NCBI GenBank assembly: GCA_964248365.1
Contig: CAXTYC010000045.1
Coordinates: forward strand, 1-35,230
DNA: 35,230 bases
Origin: an uncultured Chroococcidiopsis sp.
GTDB lineage: Bacteria; Cyanobacteriota; Cyanobacteriia; Cyanobacteriales; Chroococcidiopsidaceae
Direction of reading: 5' to 3'
Part shown: positions 8,334-18,736 of the stretch, piece after piece
Layout of the letters: each line of letters opens with the position of its first letter
How positions within the stretch are numbered: the stretch's first letter is position 1
Notes under the pieces: model-generated
Told to the model about the DNA's origin: nothing
The model's database searches: none
What the model saw: the letters and a program-made list of their open reading frames with translations, nothing else
Program-made: the position numbers and the translations under genes

Positions 8334-9791
8334 AAGAGTCCCAAAGCCTTTTTTCTTTTTCTCCTTCTTTTTTTTCTTTGTAGCAGCGCCGCCACCTGGG
8401 TATCCTCGCCAACCAGGTGAGGTAGGACGACCGCCACCAGCAGCTGCCATTGGATTGCCCATACCGCCAAACATTCCAGGCATACCAGGCAAACCGCCTT
8501 GTCCCATTTGTTGCATAAGACTTCGCATCTTTTGGAAGTCGCTCACCAATTTGCTTACATCGCTTTCTTTGTAGCCTGCACCACTAGCTATTCTGCGTCT
8601 GCGACCAGGCGAAGAAGCCAATAAATCAGGATCGCGGCGTTCCTGGGGTGTCATTGAGTTAATCATCGCCTCGCAGCGCTTTAGCTGGGTTTCTCCTTGC
8701 TTAAGCTGGTCATCCGACAGTTTATTCATCCCTGGAATTAGCTTGATGATGCCTCCCAGCGAACCCATATTCTTCAGCAGTCGCATCTGCTTGAGGAAGT
8801 CGGTAAAATCGAACTTAGCCGACAGAATTTTATCCTGCATCTTCTCGGCATCGGCAAGGTCAAACTCTTCCTGCGCTTTTTCTACCAACGTCAGGACATC
8901 ACCCATTCCCAGAATGCGCGAAGCCATGCGATCGGGATAAAATGGTTGCAGCGCTTCGACTTTTTCACCCACACCGACAAACTTAATCGGCGCTCCCGAA
9001 ATCCGCCGCACCGACAGTGCTGCACCACCACGACTATCACCATCTAGCTTGGTGAGAATTGCCCCCGTGATGCCAATCTGCTCATGAAACGTGCGGGTAA
9101 GATTTGCTGCCTCCTGACCAGTCATGGCATCCACTACTAGCAGCGTCTCATCAGGTTGCACAGTAGCTTTAATGCGGGCTAACTCCGCCATCATGTTAGA
9201 GTCGATCTGCAAGCGACCAGCAGTATCGATAATTACCGTATCAACACCGGACGCTAAGCCTCTTTCTACTCCCTGCCGCGCAATTTCTACCGGATCGGCA
9301 TCGCTTCCCATTTCAAACACGGGTACGTCAATTTGCTTACCCAGTGTTACCAATTGATCGATCGCTGCTGGGCGATAAACGTCCGTTGCTACCATCAAGC
9401 AGCTGCGATCTAATTTGCGTAGGTGTAAAGCCAACTTTGCCGTTGCAGTGGTTTTTCCAGTTCCCTGCAACCCAGCCATCAATACAATCGTCGGCGGCTT
9501 ATCTGCCTGCGCTAGGGGAACATTTGTTTCCCCCATCACCTGTACCAGTTCGTCGTAAACAATTTTGATGAACTGCTGATCGGGGCGTACACCAGATATA
9601 ACCTCGGCTCCTTGTGCCTTGGCTTCAATTTCAGCTACAAAATCTTTAACTACCTGTAGATTGACATCTGCCTCCAAAAGGGCGCGGCGCACTTCCCTCA
9701 GTGCCTCTTGAATGTTGGAGTGGGAAATCTTGTCCTGTCCCCGTAGCTTTTTCCAAGCAGATTCTAAACGATCAGCGAGTGCATCAAACAT
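8331..9791 (-). CDS. ffh: Signal recognition particle protein
   Basis: GLQGTGKTT, DVYRPAA, DTAGR, TKLDGDSRGG motifs and M-domain. Confidence 0.98.
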   Translation of the reverse strand: MFDALADRLESAWKKLRGQDKISHSNIQEALREVRRALLEADVNLQVVKDFVAEIEAKAQGAEVISGVRPDQQFIKIVYDELVQVMGETNVPLAQADKPPTIVLMAGLQGTGKTTATAKLALHLRKLDRSCLMVATDVYRPAAIDQLVTLGKQIDVPVFEMGSDADPVEIARQGVERGLASGVDTVIIDTAGRLQIDSNMMAELARIKATVQPDETLLVVDAMTGQEAANLTRTFHEQIGITGAILTKLDGDSRGGAALSVRRISGAPIKFVGVGEKVEALQPFYPDRMASRILGMGDVLTLVEKAQEEFDLADAEKMQDKILSAKFDFTDFLKQMRLLKNMGSLGGIIKLIPGMNKLSDDQLKQGETQLKRCEAMINSMTPQERRDPDLLASSPGRRRRIASGAGYKESDVSKLVSDFQKMRSLMQQMGQGGLPGMPGMFGGMGNPMAAAGGGRPTSPGWRGYPGGGAATKKKKKEKKKKGFGTL

Positions 9792-9966
9792 AGTTCGTCA
9801 AATATGAAAGCAATAGGATTTTGTCAAAGCAAATTTTTTGCCCGCTATATACAGGATAGTGGAAGCGCGTGGAACTAGTGTCTGCTGGCTATGCCTCCTA
9901 CACCCTACTCTTGGCTGTTCTTGCCTTACCTCATTTATATTAAGTTTTATTAAAAACTGAAGTTTT

Positions 9967-9999
9967 GTAGTTTTAGATACAGAAAATATATGTTAAATT
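9967..9999 (+). promoter_or_regulatory. NtcA-binding site overlapping the gifA promoter (repressive position)
   Basis: GTA-GTTTTAGA-TAC (9967-9980, flanked by T...A) only 13 nt upstream of a putative -10 TAAATT (9994-9999). gifA is known to be NtcA-repressed. Confidence 0.8.
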
Positions 10000-10048
10000 T
10001 AAAATGTAAGTAAGAGCAATCAATATAAATAACAAAGAGGAATTAATT

Positions 10049-10243
10049 ATGTCTACTCAAGAACAAGCCCGCGCTTTGATGATGCGTCACCATCACATGA
10101 TCAAAAATCGTGAGCAGTCTATGCTTAGCCGTACAGCAGCTGAAATTGGTCTTGAGGGCGTAGATTATTGGAACCATATTCAAGGCAAGCCCCATCCCAG
10201 CTTTCGGGCTACCTACGATCGCAGTTCAGCCACTATGAGCTAA
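10049..10243 (+). CDS. gifA: Glutamine synthetase inactivating factor IF7
   Basis: MSTQEQARALMMRHH..IKNR.QSMLSR.AAEIG...QGKP..SFR.TYDRS matches the IF7 family; RBS AGAGGA. Confidence 0.93.
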   Translation: MSTQEQARALMMRHHHMIKNREQSMLSRTAAEIGLEGVDYWNHIQGKPHPSFRATYDRSSATMS

Positions 10244-10292
10244 GGGCCAGCTGCTTAATATCTAAGAAATTTCAAGCAAATGTGAATATCTA

Positions 10293-10336
10293 AGTGGGGC
10301 TTTTTCTTCTTATACGAAAAAGCCCCACTCTTTTTT
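10293..10336 (+). terminator. Rho-independent terminator after gifA
   Basis: AGTGGGGCTTTTTC...GAAAAAGCCCCACT, a 14-bp stem followed by CTTTTTT. Confidence 0.85.
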
Positions 10337-10618
10337 GTGGCTGTCGAAAAGTTCTGATTTGCTGCCCTAACCAGCCAAGATTTGTTTTCTGACGACCAAT
10401 ACCTGTATTTTATGACTCAAAAGAGATTGCTATTGTGGCGCATAAACTAATCGTCGTTCCCTTTGCCAAGTGCTTAGTTTTCGGTGCATTGTGCTATTGA
10501 AGAGTACACCCTACTAAAATGCAACGCCCAATGCACATGGAGCTTACTATGATTAGCTAAATTTTTATAGTAAAATTAGTAGTAATAGCTAAAAACAGCG
10601 ATTGACCTGCCTGATTAA

Positions 10619-11782
10619 TTAGCGAATTGGCAAATACCCAGCTTTATCAACTAATTTTTGCCCTTCGCTCGACAGCAGCATATTCACATAAGCCCTACCA
10701 GCTAATTCATCCAGTTCTCCATCCTCACGGATGATAACGAATATACGCCTAGTCAGTGGATAAGTGCCATCGAGTAGTGCTTGTTTGTTGACCGTGCCAT
10801 AGGGGGTGATTGGTTGCACATAGTTCTTCGATTCCCCTTTAGCAAGACCAAGCAAATGAATTGTGCGCTGACCGACTACGATCGCTTGCGCTCCATAGCC
10901 AATCGCCCCTGGTGTTGAAGCTACCTTGCGAATGGCAGCAGTAGTATCGCGGACAACCTGCACATTACGACCGAAGTGCTGTTGCGAACTGGGTAGCCCT
11001 TGTAAAAGAAAGCTAGTGGAGGCTTTAGCATCGGGGTCTTGGCTGACAGGAACGATTGGCAGATTAGGACCACCCAGTTGTTGCCAGTTGGTCAGCTTAC
11101 CACTAAATATTTTCTGCATCTGGCTCAAGGATACTCCAGGCAACTTCACGCTTGAATGGCAAAAGAAGGCAATGCCACCCAGAGCGACAGGAACCTGCTT
11201 GAGGGTAAAACCACGCTGTTTAGCCATGCTGTACTCAGCATCCTTGAGCGGACGAAAAGATTCAGCAAAGCTCAATTCACCATTAATGACCATCTTGATG
11301 CCCATACCGGAATCAGGTGGGACGTTGAGAGGATCGGTATAGCGCAAGCGAAATTCTGGGTGGGCGCTGGCGAGTTCATGGAGTACGCTTTTGGAACGCA
11401 GAGCAGCCGATGCCATAGCACCCCCGTAAAGATACAACCCCTGCGGTACATTAGGGACATCCCGTAGGTCGTTGTATAGCGGAAAGCCAGAAGCCGAACT
11501 GACAGCCGCGGCTGAGTGCGACTGTCCTTGAGGTGTAGTGAGGGTAACACTAGGGTTGATAGCTATGGTGGGAGAGACTCCATACTTCCGCCAAGAAAAG
11601 TAGAGTACTAGAGTAAACAACAATAACCCAACTAGGGGAACCGCCGACCAGGGGATAGCAGGCGGCTTACTAGTTTTGACATCACTGCTGAGCGAATGAT
11701 TGCAGTTGTGACAATGGGTGGCAGTAATTGGATTGGCATTATAGCCGCATTTACGACAGCTCTGGCTTGAGTAGACCTTCAT
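10619..11782 (-). CDS. PstS-like substrate-binding-fold protein with N-terminal zinc ribbon and TM anchor
   Basis: CRKC..N.....CHNC, then a TM helix, then a PBP domain (HPEFRLRY, VPVALGGIAF, GKLTNWQQLGGP, GTYPLTRRIFV). ATG 11782 is preferred because it avoids overlap with the upstream gene. Confidence 0.82.
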   Translation of the reverse strand: MKVYSSQSCRKCGYNANPITATHCHNCNHSLSSDVKTSKPPAIPWSAVPLVGLLLFTLVLYFSWRKYGVSPTIAINPSVTLTTPQGQSHSAAAVSSASGFPLYNDLRDVPNVPQGLYLYGGAMASAALRSKSVLHELASAHPEFRLRYTDPLNVPPDSGMGIKMVINGELSFAESFRPLKDAEYSMAKQRGFTLKQVPVALGGIAFFCHSSVKLPGVSLSQMQKIFSGKLTNWQQLGGPNLPIVPVSQDPDAKASTSFLLQGLPSSQQHFGRNVQVVRDTTAAIRKVASTPGAIGYGAQAIVVGQRTIHLLGLAKGESKNYVQPITPYGTVNKQALLDGTYPLTRRIFVIIREDGELDELAGRAYVNMLLSSEGQKLVDKAGYLPIR

Positions 11783-11843
11783 AAACTTTTTCCAAGCTTT
11801 GATGTCTTGATAATTAATGAAAATAGTTCCAATGCGATCGCAC

Positions 11844-13619
11844 TTAGCTAGCCAAGAGCTGTTTAATGATATCTGGCACAGCGAGTAAGAAGAAAATGGC
11901 AAAATACACTACGGAGAGCAACACAACAACCTGTGTCCATAACGGTGGGCGCAGGTCGGGTGGTAAGAACTTACGATTTATATACAGTGTATGTAGCCCC
12001 AGAAAAACAAAGTTTAGCCCTGCCATATTTGCCCCCAGCAGCACCAAAAACAGTGGCTTTAAATCAGTTAGCAGAATAAAGACACCCCACAACGTGAACA
12101 GAGATAATACCCCATAGTAGACAAAGCGAATGTCTCCACTTTGCCACGCACGGGCGTGACGACTACCTGACCAAATAATATCTGTCACAGTCCGCACGAA
12201 AGCATCGGTAATGCCAAGCTGGGTGCTGTAAAGAATCCAGAAGCCTACCAGGAGGGTAATGAACCACATGAAATCGCTTCCCACAGCCCAGGATAGGTAC
12301 TTAGCTTGGTAGACAGCTACAGCATATTCGTTTTTGAATTCTGTGCCAGGGGGGATAAACTGCAAAGTCAGCAGTGCTGGTAAACCCATACCCAGGAAGC
12401 AGCCTAAAGTCCACAGCCCGTATTGGTCTAGGGCGGCAAACTTCCACCATTGATTCCAGCGCCGCTTATTTTCCGGTGTGAGTGGGAAAACTTTACCATG
12501 ATGGGTGAGAGGCACTTTCCGACCACCGATAATTGCTGGGATGTATCCCACTACGCCACCCATGCCAAATCCTTTGTCACGGAACCAATTGCTGATCGCG
12601 CCATTGGTAACACCTCCAGCACCTGCGTAGGCAACAAAGCCACTAATTAGCGTCCAATTTACGTCCTTTGGTATACTAGCGAAACTAAAGAAGTCAGTAG
12701 CAACTCTGCCCCAAGTAACAGGCGGCACAAACACAATACCAATGACAATTAAAAACAGTAAAATTGCTGCTACAAAGAACCACTGCACCAGTTCCACTGT
12801 TTGCTCGATCTTGGCTCCGAATGCAACGATCGCTACGGTTGAGAGGAACCAGAACACAGCGAACATTTTCACTAGATTAGCGTGTTCTGGACCTGGCAGC
12901 CCGCCGACGAATAAAGCAGTCAGTGAGCTAGCTGCTGCACTCGCCCATCCAGGCCAACTTAACTGAAGAAAGGCGAGAACTGAATAGACGATCGCCCAGA
13001 AAAAGGGACCGGGCTTAGTACGCATGAAACCAGTGTAGATTGGTTCCCCCGTGTACATGGTGTAGCGAATGAATTCTGTATTCATCACCACCTGGAGAAT
13101 AATCGACACGGTTGCCAACCACAGCAATCTACCACTATATTGCGCTGTGACAGCAGGACCGAGCAACCATTCGCCGCTACCGATGGATGTGCCAAGTAGA
13201 ATTGCTCCAGGTCCAATGATAGCGATCGCATTGCCCCAGTTGAAAGGTGGGGGCGAAGGCAAATCGGCAGTTTCCCAAGGCGGAAGTGCGCCTGCCTCAA
13301 CTTTTGTACCAACAGGTAGGGTTGCCTCTAGGGCATTCACCTCACCCGCCCGAATTACCCCTGCTGTGAATGTCACTGGTGTTTCAATCTCGCTGTCTAA
13401 TTTATCTGCCGCTCTTTTGCCCAAGACTTGCGCCCCTAAACAAACCACGTAGCCAACGATGATGGCGGCGGCTAGCCAGCCATATAACCCGAACCAGAAG
13501 TCCGAATGGGTGATAACTTGCAGCCCGTTCCTGAGCAGTGCCGAAATCGAACCCAAAACTAGGACGGCTGTAGCTGCATACATTCCATACCTAGCAGCTG
13601 GGGTAAGACGTTTGTACAT
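11844..13619 (-). CDS. Nramp/APC-superfamily-like membrane transporter
   Basis: IGPGAILLGTSIGSGEWLLGP motif and 12 or more hydrophobic segments; ATG at 13619 (GTG alternative 13625). Confidence 0.75.
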   Translation of the reverse strand: MYKRLTPAARYGMYAATAVLVLGSISALLRNGLQVITHSDFWFGLYGWLAAAIIVGYVVCLGAQVLGKRAADKLDSEIETPVTFTAGVIRAGEVNALEATLPVGTKVEAGALPPWETADLPSPPPFNWGNAIAIIGPGAILLGTSIGSGEWLLGPAVTAQYSGRLLWLATVSIILQVVMNTEFIRYTMYTGEPIYTGFMRTKPGPFFWAIVYSVLAFLQLSWPGWASAAASSLTALFVGGLPGPEHANLVKMFAVFWFLSTVAIVAFGAKIEQTVELVQWFFVAAILLFLIVIGIVFVPPVTWGRVATDFFSFASIPKDVNWTLISGFVAYAGAGGVTNGAISNWFRDKGFGMGGVVGYIPAIIGGRKVPLTHHGKVFPLTPENKRRWNQWWKFAALDQYGLWTLGCFLGMGLPALLTLQFIPPGTEFKNEYAVAVYQAKYLSWAVGSDFMWFITLLVGFWILYSTQLGITDAFVRTVTDIIWSGSRHARAWQSGDIRFVYYGVLSLFTLWGVFILLTDLKPLFLVLLGANMAGLNFVFLGLHTLYINRKFLPPDLRPPLWTQVVVLLSVVYFAIFFLLAVPDIIKQLLAS

Positions 13620-13806
13620 AAACACGCTTTCTGTTAGCTTTACTATTTCCTAGTTGGGGCAAGATGTTTGTACATAAGTACTATCGATTATCTTCACGCC
13701 TTCATTACTATATCGACACAGAAAATAATTCAATAGCGAAAAACAGATATTGTATCACATCTTGAGTATTCATGAGCTTGGGGGTCTTGAGAATTCTATT
13801 TTCGGT

Positions 13807-15813
13807 TTAGCGAGATTTAAGTGCAGCGATCGCCCCTTTTGTCACACCTGCGATCGCCTGTTCTGTCGCCTTGGGTAAGTGATAATATTTCCCGCCTGCG
13901 TGGAGTGCTAATTCTTTAGCAAATCCAGTCGAAATAAACTTATTCTCAGTATCAATTACCAACAGTTGAATTCCCAACGCGCGAATTCGAGCGGCAATTT
14001 CTAGTAACTCCTTTTTAATATCAGGTTTTTCACCATCCGACAAAGTTTCACCGAGCGATCGCCCTAACGGAATATTCCCCCGTCCATCAGTAATCGCCAC
14101 AATCACCACCTGTCCAATATCTCCAGCCATTTGAGCATTCATTCCTACCCGCACCGCCTGCGTCAAGCCATGAGCTAGAGGTGAACCACCACCACAAGGC
14201 AATAACTCCAACCGCCGCCGCGCTAAAGCAATCGAGCGAGTCGGTGGTAACAATACCTCTGCCTGTTCTCCCCGAAAGGGAATCAACGCCACCTGGTCGC
14301 GGTTTTCATAAGCCTCTGTCAATAACCGCAACACAGCCCCCTTCGCTGACTGCATTCGATTTAATGCCATTGAACCCGAAGCATCGACGACAAAAACTAT
14401 CAACGCCCCAGCTTTGCGGACTAAACGCTTTGAGCGAACATCACCTTGTTCTACAAATACGCGGCGATCGCTTTGGGGAGATCTTTCACGACGAGCTTTT
14501 TGATAGGGAGCAGCTGCCCTGAGCGTAGCATCGACGGCAATACGTCGTACAGTTCCTTTAGGCAGCATTGGTTTAACATAGCGCCCCCTATCTTCGGAAT
14601 AAATCAAACTGCGACTACCAGATTTACCGCGCTGCTGTGCCATTTGAGCAAAGTAGAGAACGCTCTCGTCAAGGATTACCCCCTCAGCATCAAAAACAAA
14701 TTCCTCTGGGATACTCGGTGGCTCTTGTTCTGGTTCCTCTGATTCGTTTTCCTCTTGCTCCTCCTGCTCTTGATTCGATTCGTCCTGGGGTTCATCCTGA
14801 TTTTGGGGTGGTGGCGGTGGCGGTGGTGGTGATTCTTCTGGTGGAGTCTGTACAACCGTTGCTCTTGGCACAATTACCAATTCGACAGCACGGCGCAAAT
14901 CCTCAGCCGTGACTGTTGTGCGCCCTTCTAAAGCTGCTGCTGCTTTGGCAACCCGGAGGGCAAAAATTTCCGCTCGATGTCCCTGAACTCTGGCTCGAAC
15001 TGCCTCATCAACTAGATAAGCGATTTGCTCACTCGTTATTTGAACATCTTTTAACCATTCCCGCGCTAGGATGATTTGGGTTTTCAGGCTATCGATGTCT
15101 TCACTGTATTGATTGAGAAATTCTTGGGGTGATTTTGAGTATTCAATGGCTTGCTCTACTGCCTGCACTCGTTGATCTAATCCCAGCACACCATCGGCTG
15201 ATAGGGCGATCGCAATTCTATCTAATAAGTGTTCCCGCAGCGCTCCTTCTTCTGGATTATAGGTTGCAATGAATAGAGGCTTACAAGGATGCCTAAAACT
15301 AATTCCTTCACGCTCAATTGCATTGCATCCCTCGGTCAGAACGGTTAATAATTGGTTGCTGATATTGTCGTCAAGTAAATTGATTTCATCTACATACAAT
15401 ACCCCTCGATGTGCTTGTGCCAGCAATCCTGGTTGAAACACTGTTTCTCCCTGTTTCACCGATTGCTCTACATCTACCGATCCTAAAAGTCGATCTTCTG
15501 TGACTCCCAAAGGAATTTGTACGAATGGGGCGGGAATAACTTCTGTTGTGGAGGTATTTTGTGCTAACAGCTGATCGTCCCATTCTTCGGGTTGGTTAGG
15601 ATCGCAGTTACAAAACGAACCCTTGACAATTTCAATCGGTGGTAGCAAAGTGTGTAAAGCACGAGCCATAACCGATTTGGCGGTTCCGCGACGACCAGCG
15701 ATCGCCACTCCCCCTAAACTCGGATCGACTGCTGCTAACAGCAAAGCCATTTTGATCGCTTCTTGACCGACTACAGCCGTGAGGGGAAATGCAGGTATCA
15801 AAAGTGCAGGCAT
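13807..15813 (-). CDS. chlD: Magnesium chelatase subunit D
   Basis: AAA module ([17 protein letters not shown]), poly-Pro/acidic linker, vWA domain DASGSM. Confidence 0.97.
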   Translation of the reverse strand: MPALLIPAFPLTAVVGQEAIKMALLLAAVDPSLGGVAIAGRRGTAKSVMARALHTLLPPIEIVKGSFCNCDPNQPEEWDDQLLAQNTSTTEVIPAPFVQIPLGVTEDRLLGSVDVEQSVKQGETVFQPGLLAQAHRGVLYVDEINLLDDNISNQLLTVLTEGCNAIEREGISFRHPCKPLFIATYNPEEGALREHLLDRIAIALSADGVLGLDQRVQAVEQAIEYSKSPQEFLNQYSEDIDSLKTQIILAREWLKDVQITSEQIAYLVDEAVRARVQGHRAEIFALRVAKAAAALEGRTTVTAEDLRRAVELVIVPRATVVQTPPEESPPPPPPPPQNQDEPQDESNQEQEEQEENESEEPEQEPPSIPEEFVFDAEGVILDESVLYFAQMAQQRGKSGSRSLIYSEDRGRYVKPMLPKGTVRRIAVDATLRAAAPYQKARRERSPQSDRRVFVEQGDVRSKRLVRKAGALIVFVVDASGSMALNRMQSAKGAVLRLLTEAYENRDQVALIPFRGEQAEVLLPPTRSIALARRRLELLPCGGGSPLAHGLTQAVRVGMNAQMAGDIGQVVIVAITDGRGNIPLGRSLGETLSDGEKPDIKKELLEIAARIRALGIQLLVIDTENKFISTGFAKELALHAGGKYYHLPKATEQAIAGVTKGAIAALKSR

Positions 15814-15960
15814 GGTTTAAATCGTAGCTAGTCCAGACATTCAGCATATCAATTCACTGCGCTGCAAGTGACATTTATTCCTATATTGAAAAACTGGGTT
15901 AATGCCCTGTTTGTAGCAAGCACCTGCAACAATGAATATCTATATTTACTCTAGGACAAT

Positions 15961-16458
15961 TCATTTGATGAAAGGCAAAAGATCAAACTCTTGACGAATC
16001 TCCAACAGTGAACGGTCTAGCATTGGTACAAAGTCAAGAAATGCAACAAAACGTTGACGATTGCGACTTTTTAGCCACATTGAAATTAACTGAGGCAACA
16101 ATCGCGGTAATTCTAAAAAGATTGAAGTATACAACCAAATCACACCATGACGTTCTATCAAGTCTGCGTACATCACATCTACGGCTGGATTCTTGCGATC
16201 GCGCAAATAGTCTCTAAATTTGTAGTCACTCGTCCAAAATGTCAGCGGCAGTAACTTCAGTTCATCATACATATTCGTATCGCAGCCATAAATTACATGA
16301 CTTGCATCATGGGCAAGCAAGATTTTAGCAAAATCCGCCCGCTGGGTGCTGGGATGGGTGAGGTCACAATTGACAGCGTAGTATTCCTCTAGTCCTTCAG
16401 CCAGCGTCTGGGTGCTGTTTTTGTCGGTGTAGCGGGGACGAGGACGCTTGTTCATCAT
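15961..16458 (-). CDS. Hypothetical protein with a Coq4-like HDxxH metal-binding motif
   Basis: AHDASHVIYGCDTNMYDE resembles the HDxxHxxxGxxTxxxxE motif; RBS AGAGGGA. Confidence 0.65.
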   Translation of the reverse strand: MMNKRPRPRYTDKNSTQTLAEGLEEYYAVNCDLTHPSTQRADFAKILLAHDASHVIYGCDTNMYDELKLLPLTFWTSDYKFRDYLRDRKNPAVDVMYADLIERHGVIWLYTSIFLELPRLLPQLISMWLKSRNRQRFVAFLDFVPMLDRSLLEIRQEFDLLPFIK

Positions 16459-16477
16459 TTAGTCCCTCTTATTTAAA

Positions 16478-16494
16478 TACGAAACTGTTTCGTA
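16478..16494. promoter_or_regulatory. Putative TetR operator
   Basis: Perfect palindrome TACGAAAC-T-GTTTCGTA in the 52-bp divergent intergenic gap. Confidence 0.75.
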
Positions 16495-16510
16495 AATTAT
16501 ATTAACATAT

Positions 16511-17101
16511 ATGAGTGATACAGCCAAAAAACCGCAGGGACGACCTCGCAGTACCCAATCTGATCAAGCCATTGTGCAAGCAGCCCTGGAACTGCTAGGA
16601 GAGGTAGGATTCGATCGCATGAGTATTGATGGGATTGCAACGAGGGCTGGAGTAGGTAAAACTACAATCTATCGACGCTACAACTCTAAAGAAGAACTCG
16701 TTGTGGACGCGATTGAAAGTCTTAGAGAAGAAATTGTCATACCTGACACGGGTAATCTTTGGGGCGATATTGATGTGCTGATCCGAAATGCCGCACAAAT
16801 TACACTCAGTTCTTTGGGAAGACAAACTGTTGCCATGATAATCAGCGCTGCATCGAGTAATTCTCAGTTTGCTCAAATCTATTGGGCAAAATACTTACAA
16901 CCTCGACGACAAGCCTTTGCTGTTGTAATAGAACGGGCGAAAGCGAGAAATGAAATTCAAACTGAGGTAGATCCCGATCTAGTTTTCGACATAATGAGTG
17001 GAATTATGCTTTACGCACTAGTTTTTCAACCCGCTACTGAACCTTATGAGTTATATGTTCGTCGTGCTTTGAACCTTGTCCTCAAAAATGCAGTGGTTTA
17101 A
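16511..17101 (+). CDS. TetR/AcrR-family transcriptional regulator
   Basis: GRPRS...IATRAGVGKTTIYRRY.SKEEL HTH; PDTG.L.GD C-terminal domain. Confidence 0.95.
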   Translation: MSDTAKKPQGRPRSTQSDQAIVQAALELLGEVGFDRMSIDGIATRAGVGKTTIYRRYNSKEELVVDAIESLREEIVIPDTGNLWGDIDVLIRNAAQITLSSLGRQTVAMIISAASSNSQFAQIYWAKYLQPRRQAFAVVIERAKARNEIQTEVDPDLVFDIMSGIMLYALVFQPATEPYELYVRRALNLVLKNAVV

Positions 17102-17542
17102 TGATTGGACTGAAATGGGAGTCTATAACAAAATCGCTCCCAAATTCAACTTGAAAGCGAGTTTTCATGCTTAGTTGCGGTTAAAGATATAACGAGCGAT
17201 TGCTATTTTCAAGCGGTTCTTCTGAGCTTGGCTTATTTTTTTACCCAATTCCTTAATCAGCAGTATTTCATGACTCAAATGGCATTGCTATATCTTGCCA
17301 AAAATCTTCCCAATGGGCAAAATAACCTGTATTTTCAAGTATTAAAGATAGGAAAATTTTGGAAAATTGTTGATTTATTAAAATTCATTTACAATCCAGA
17401 CAAAGGTAAATTTGTCAAACAATAATTCCACCTCAATTGCAAATTTTTATATTAAAATTGTCTTGAATAAAAGCAAGAGGCGAGTGGGTAGGGGCTTTTT
17501 GCAAGAGCTTGGGCGAGGGGCTAGAAGACAGGATAATAATTC

Positions 17543-18736
17543 TTAATTATTATTAACTTTTAAGGGGAAAGTAACAGTAAAGGTAGAACCAATCCCAAAT
17601 TGTGATACTAACTCGATTTTGCCTTGGAGTAGTTTTACCAGGCGTGAGACGATCGCTAACCCCAAACCAGTGCTATTGGGTAAACGAGTAGCAGTTGCTC
17701 CGACTTGAAAGTATGGTTCAAAGATATGTTGCTGAGCTTCAGGATCGATACCAATTCCGGTATCACAAATAGCGATCGCCCACTGCTGGTTATCTAAAGT
17801 TTGGCACGTTACTTTGATAGTTCCCGACTCGGTGTAGCGAATGGCGTTGCTGATTAGATTTGCCAATACTTGCTGTAATCGCAACGAGTCTGTGATCACT
17901 TCCTCTGGTGCGCGTTTTATATCGACTACAATCTTTAGTTCTTTATCACCCGCCAAAGGCTCCATTACTTCCAAAACATCTTTAATTACACCACGCACAT
18001 CAGTTGCTGCTGGCTCTAGTTGCATCTTCCCAGCTTCAAACCGAGAAATTTCTAAGGCATCATTGATCAGGCGCAGTAAATGCCTACCATTGCGTAGCAC
18101 CCGCTCAATGTGTTCGAGATTTGTAAATTTGTCTTTTTCCTCACTGTTGAGTCGTTGTATGCGTAAGAACAGATCCGAGTAGCCAATAATCGAAGTCAGG
18201 GGGTTTTTTAATTCGTGTGCTAGATGAGAGAGATTATCCTGATTAGAGCGAACTAAACGAGTTAATTCTTGGTTGTTAAGGGTGAGTTGATTTTGCAGCT
18301 GGTTGAGTTCCCGCAATCTTTCCTCTGTATAGCTTTGAAAACACTTTGCGATCGCAGCATCGATCACAGCGTCAATTAAACGAATGGCTCGCATCACTTC
18401 TTGTGGTGTTCCCGTCAACAGCCCCTGTTCTAGAGTAGAAAAGATCACACGGCGTAATAACCCATATTCTCGTGCAATCTCTGCTGGATCAAAGCCTTGT
18501 TCAGCCCGCACAATGCCATGCTCTAAACTCGCCTCAACCACTGACTTGACATCATTCTCTTGGTATTGGGAAAGCACCGTCACCATCGCCTTGAGAACAT
18601 CAGGCATATCGTCACGCACACTCTTGTAAGGTAAACCGTTAGCGCTCGAAATCTCCATATCCCTGCGAACAGCTTCCACCCACTGTTCGACAATTTCATC
18701 AGTTTTGTTAATTAGCAGTTGACTAAAATCATTCAT
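17543..18736 (-). CDS. Cytoplasmic sensor histidine kinase (RsbRD-N-like input, HisKA, HATPase)
   Basis: H-box LAHELKNPL, N-box NLISNAIRYT, G1 DTGIGI, G2 TGLGL; N-terminal HG..RAEQGF helical domain; no TM segments. Confidence 0.92.
   Translation of the reverse strand: MNDFSQLLINKTDEIVEQWVEAVRRDMEISSANGLPYKSVRDDMPDVLKAMVTVLSQYQENDVKSVVEASLEHGIVRAEQGFDPAEIAREYGLLRRVIFSTLEQGLLTGTPQEVMRAIRLIDAVIDAAIAKCFQSYTEERLRELNQLQNQLTLNNQELTRLVRSNQDNLSHLAHELKNPLTSIIGYSDLFLRIQRLNSEEKDKFTNLEHIERVLRNGRHLLRLINDALEISRFEAGKMQLEPAATDVRGVIKDVLEVMEPLAGDKELKIVVDIKRAPEEVITDSLRLQQVLANLISNAIRYTESGTIKVTCQTLDNQQWAIAICDTGIGIDPEAQQHIFEPYFQVGATATRLPNSTGLGLAIVSRLVKLLQGKIELVSQFGIGSTFTVTFPLKVNNN

Noticed and set aside
8092..8412. 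ORFs 8092..8412(-) and 8095..8334(+) with VEPVEP/HWFHWF repeats
   Set aside because: Translations of the intergenic inverted repeat cassette.
11783..11902. N-terminal 40 aa of the 427-aa ORF
   Set aside because: Overlaps the upstream transporter; ATG 11782 gives a clean zinc-ribbon start.
17171..17425. 65-aa plus ORF (17228..17425) and a 35-aa TTG-start minus ORF (17171..17278)
   Set aside because: TTG starts, no clear RBS, AT-rich and no recognisable family; cannot be supported without a homology search.
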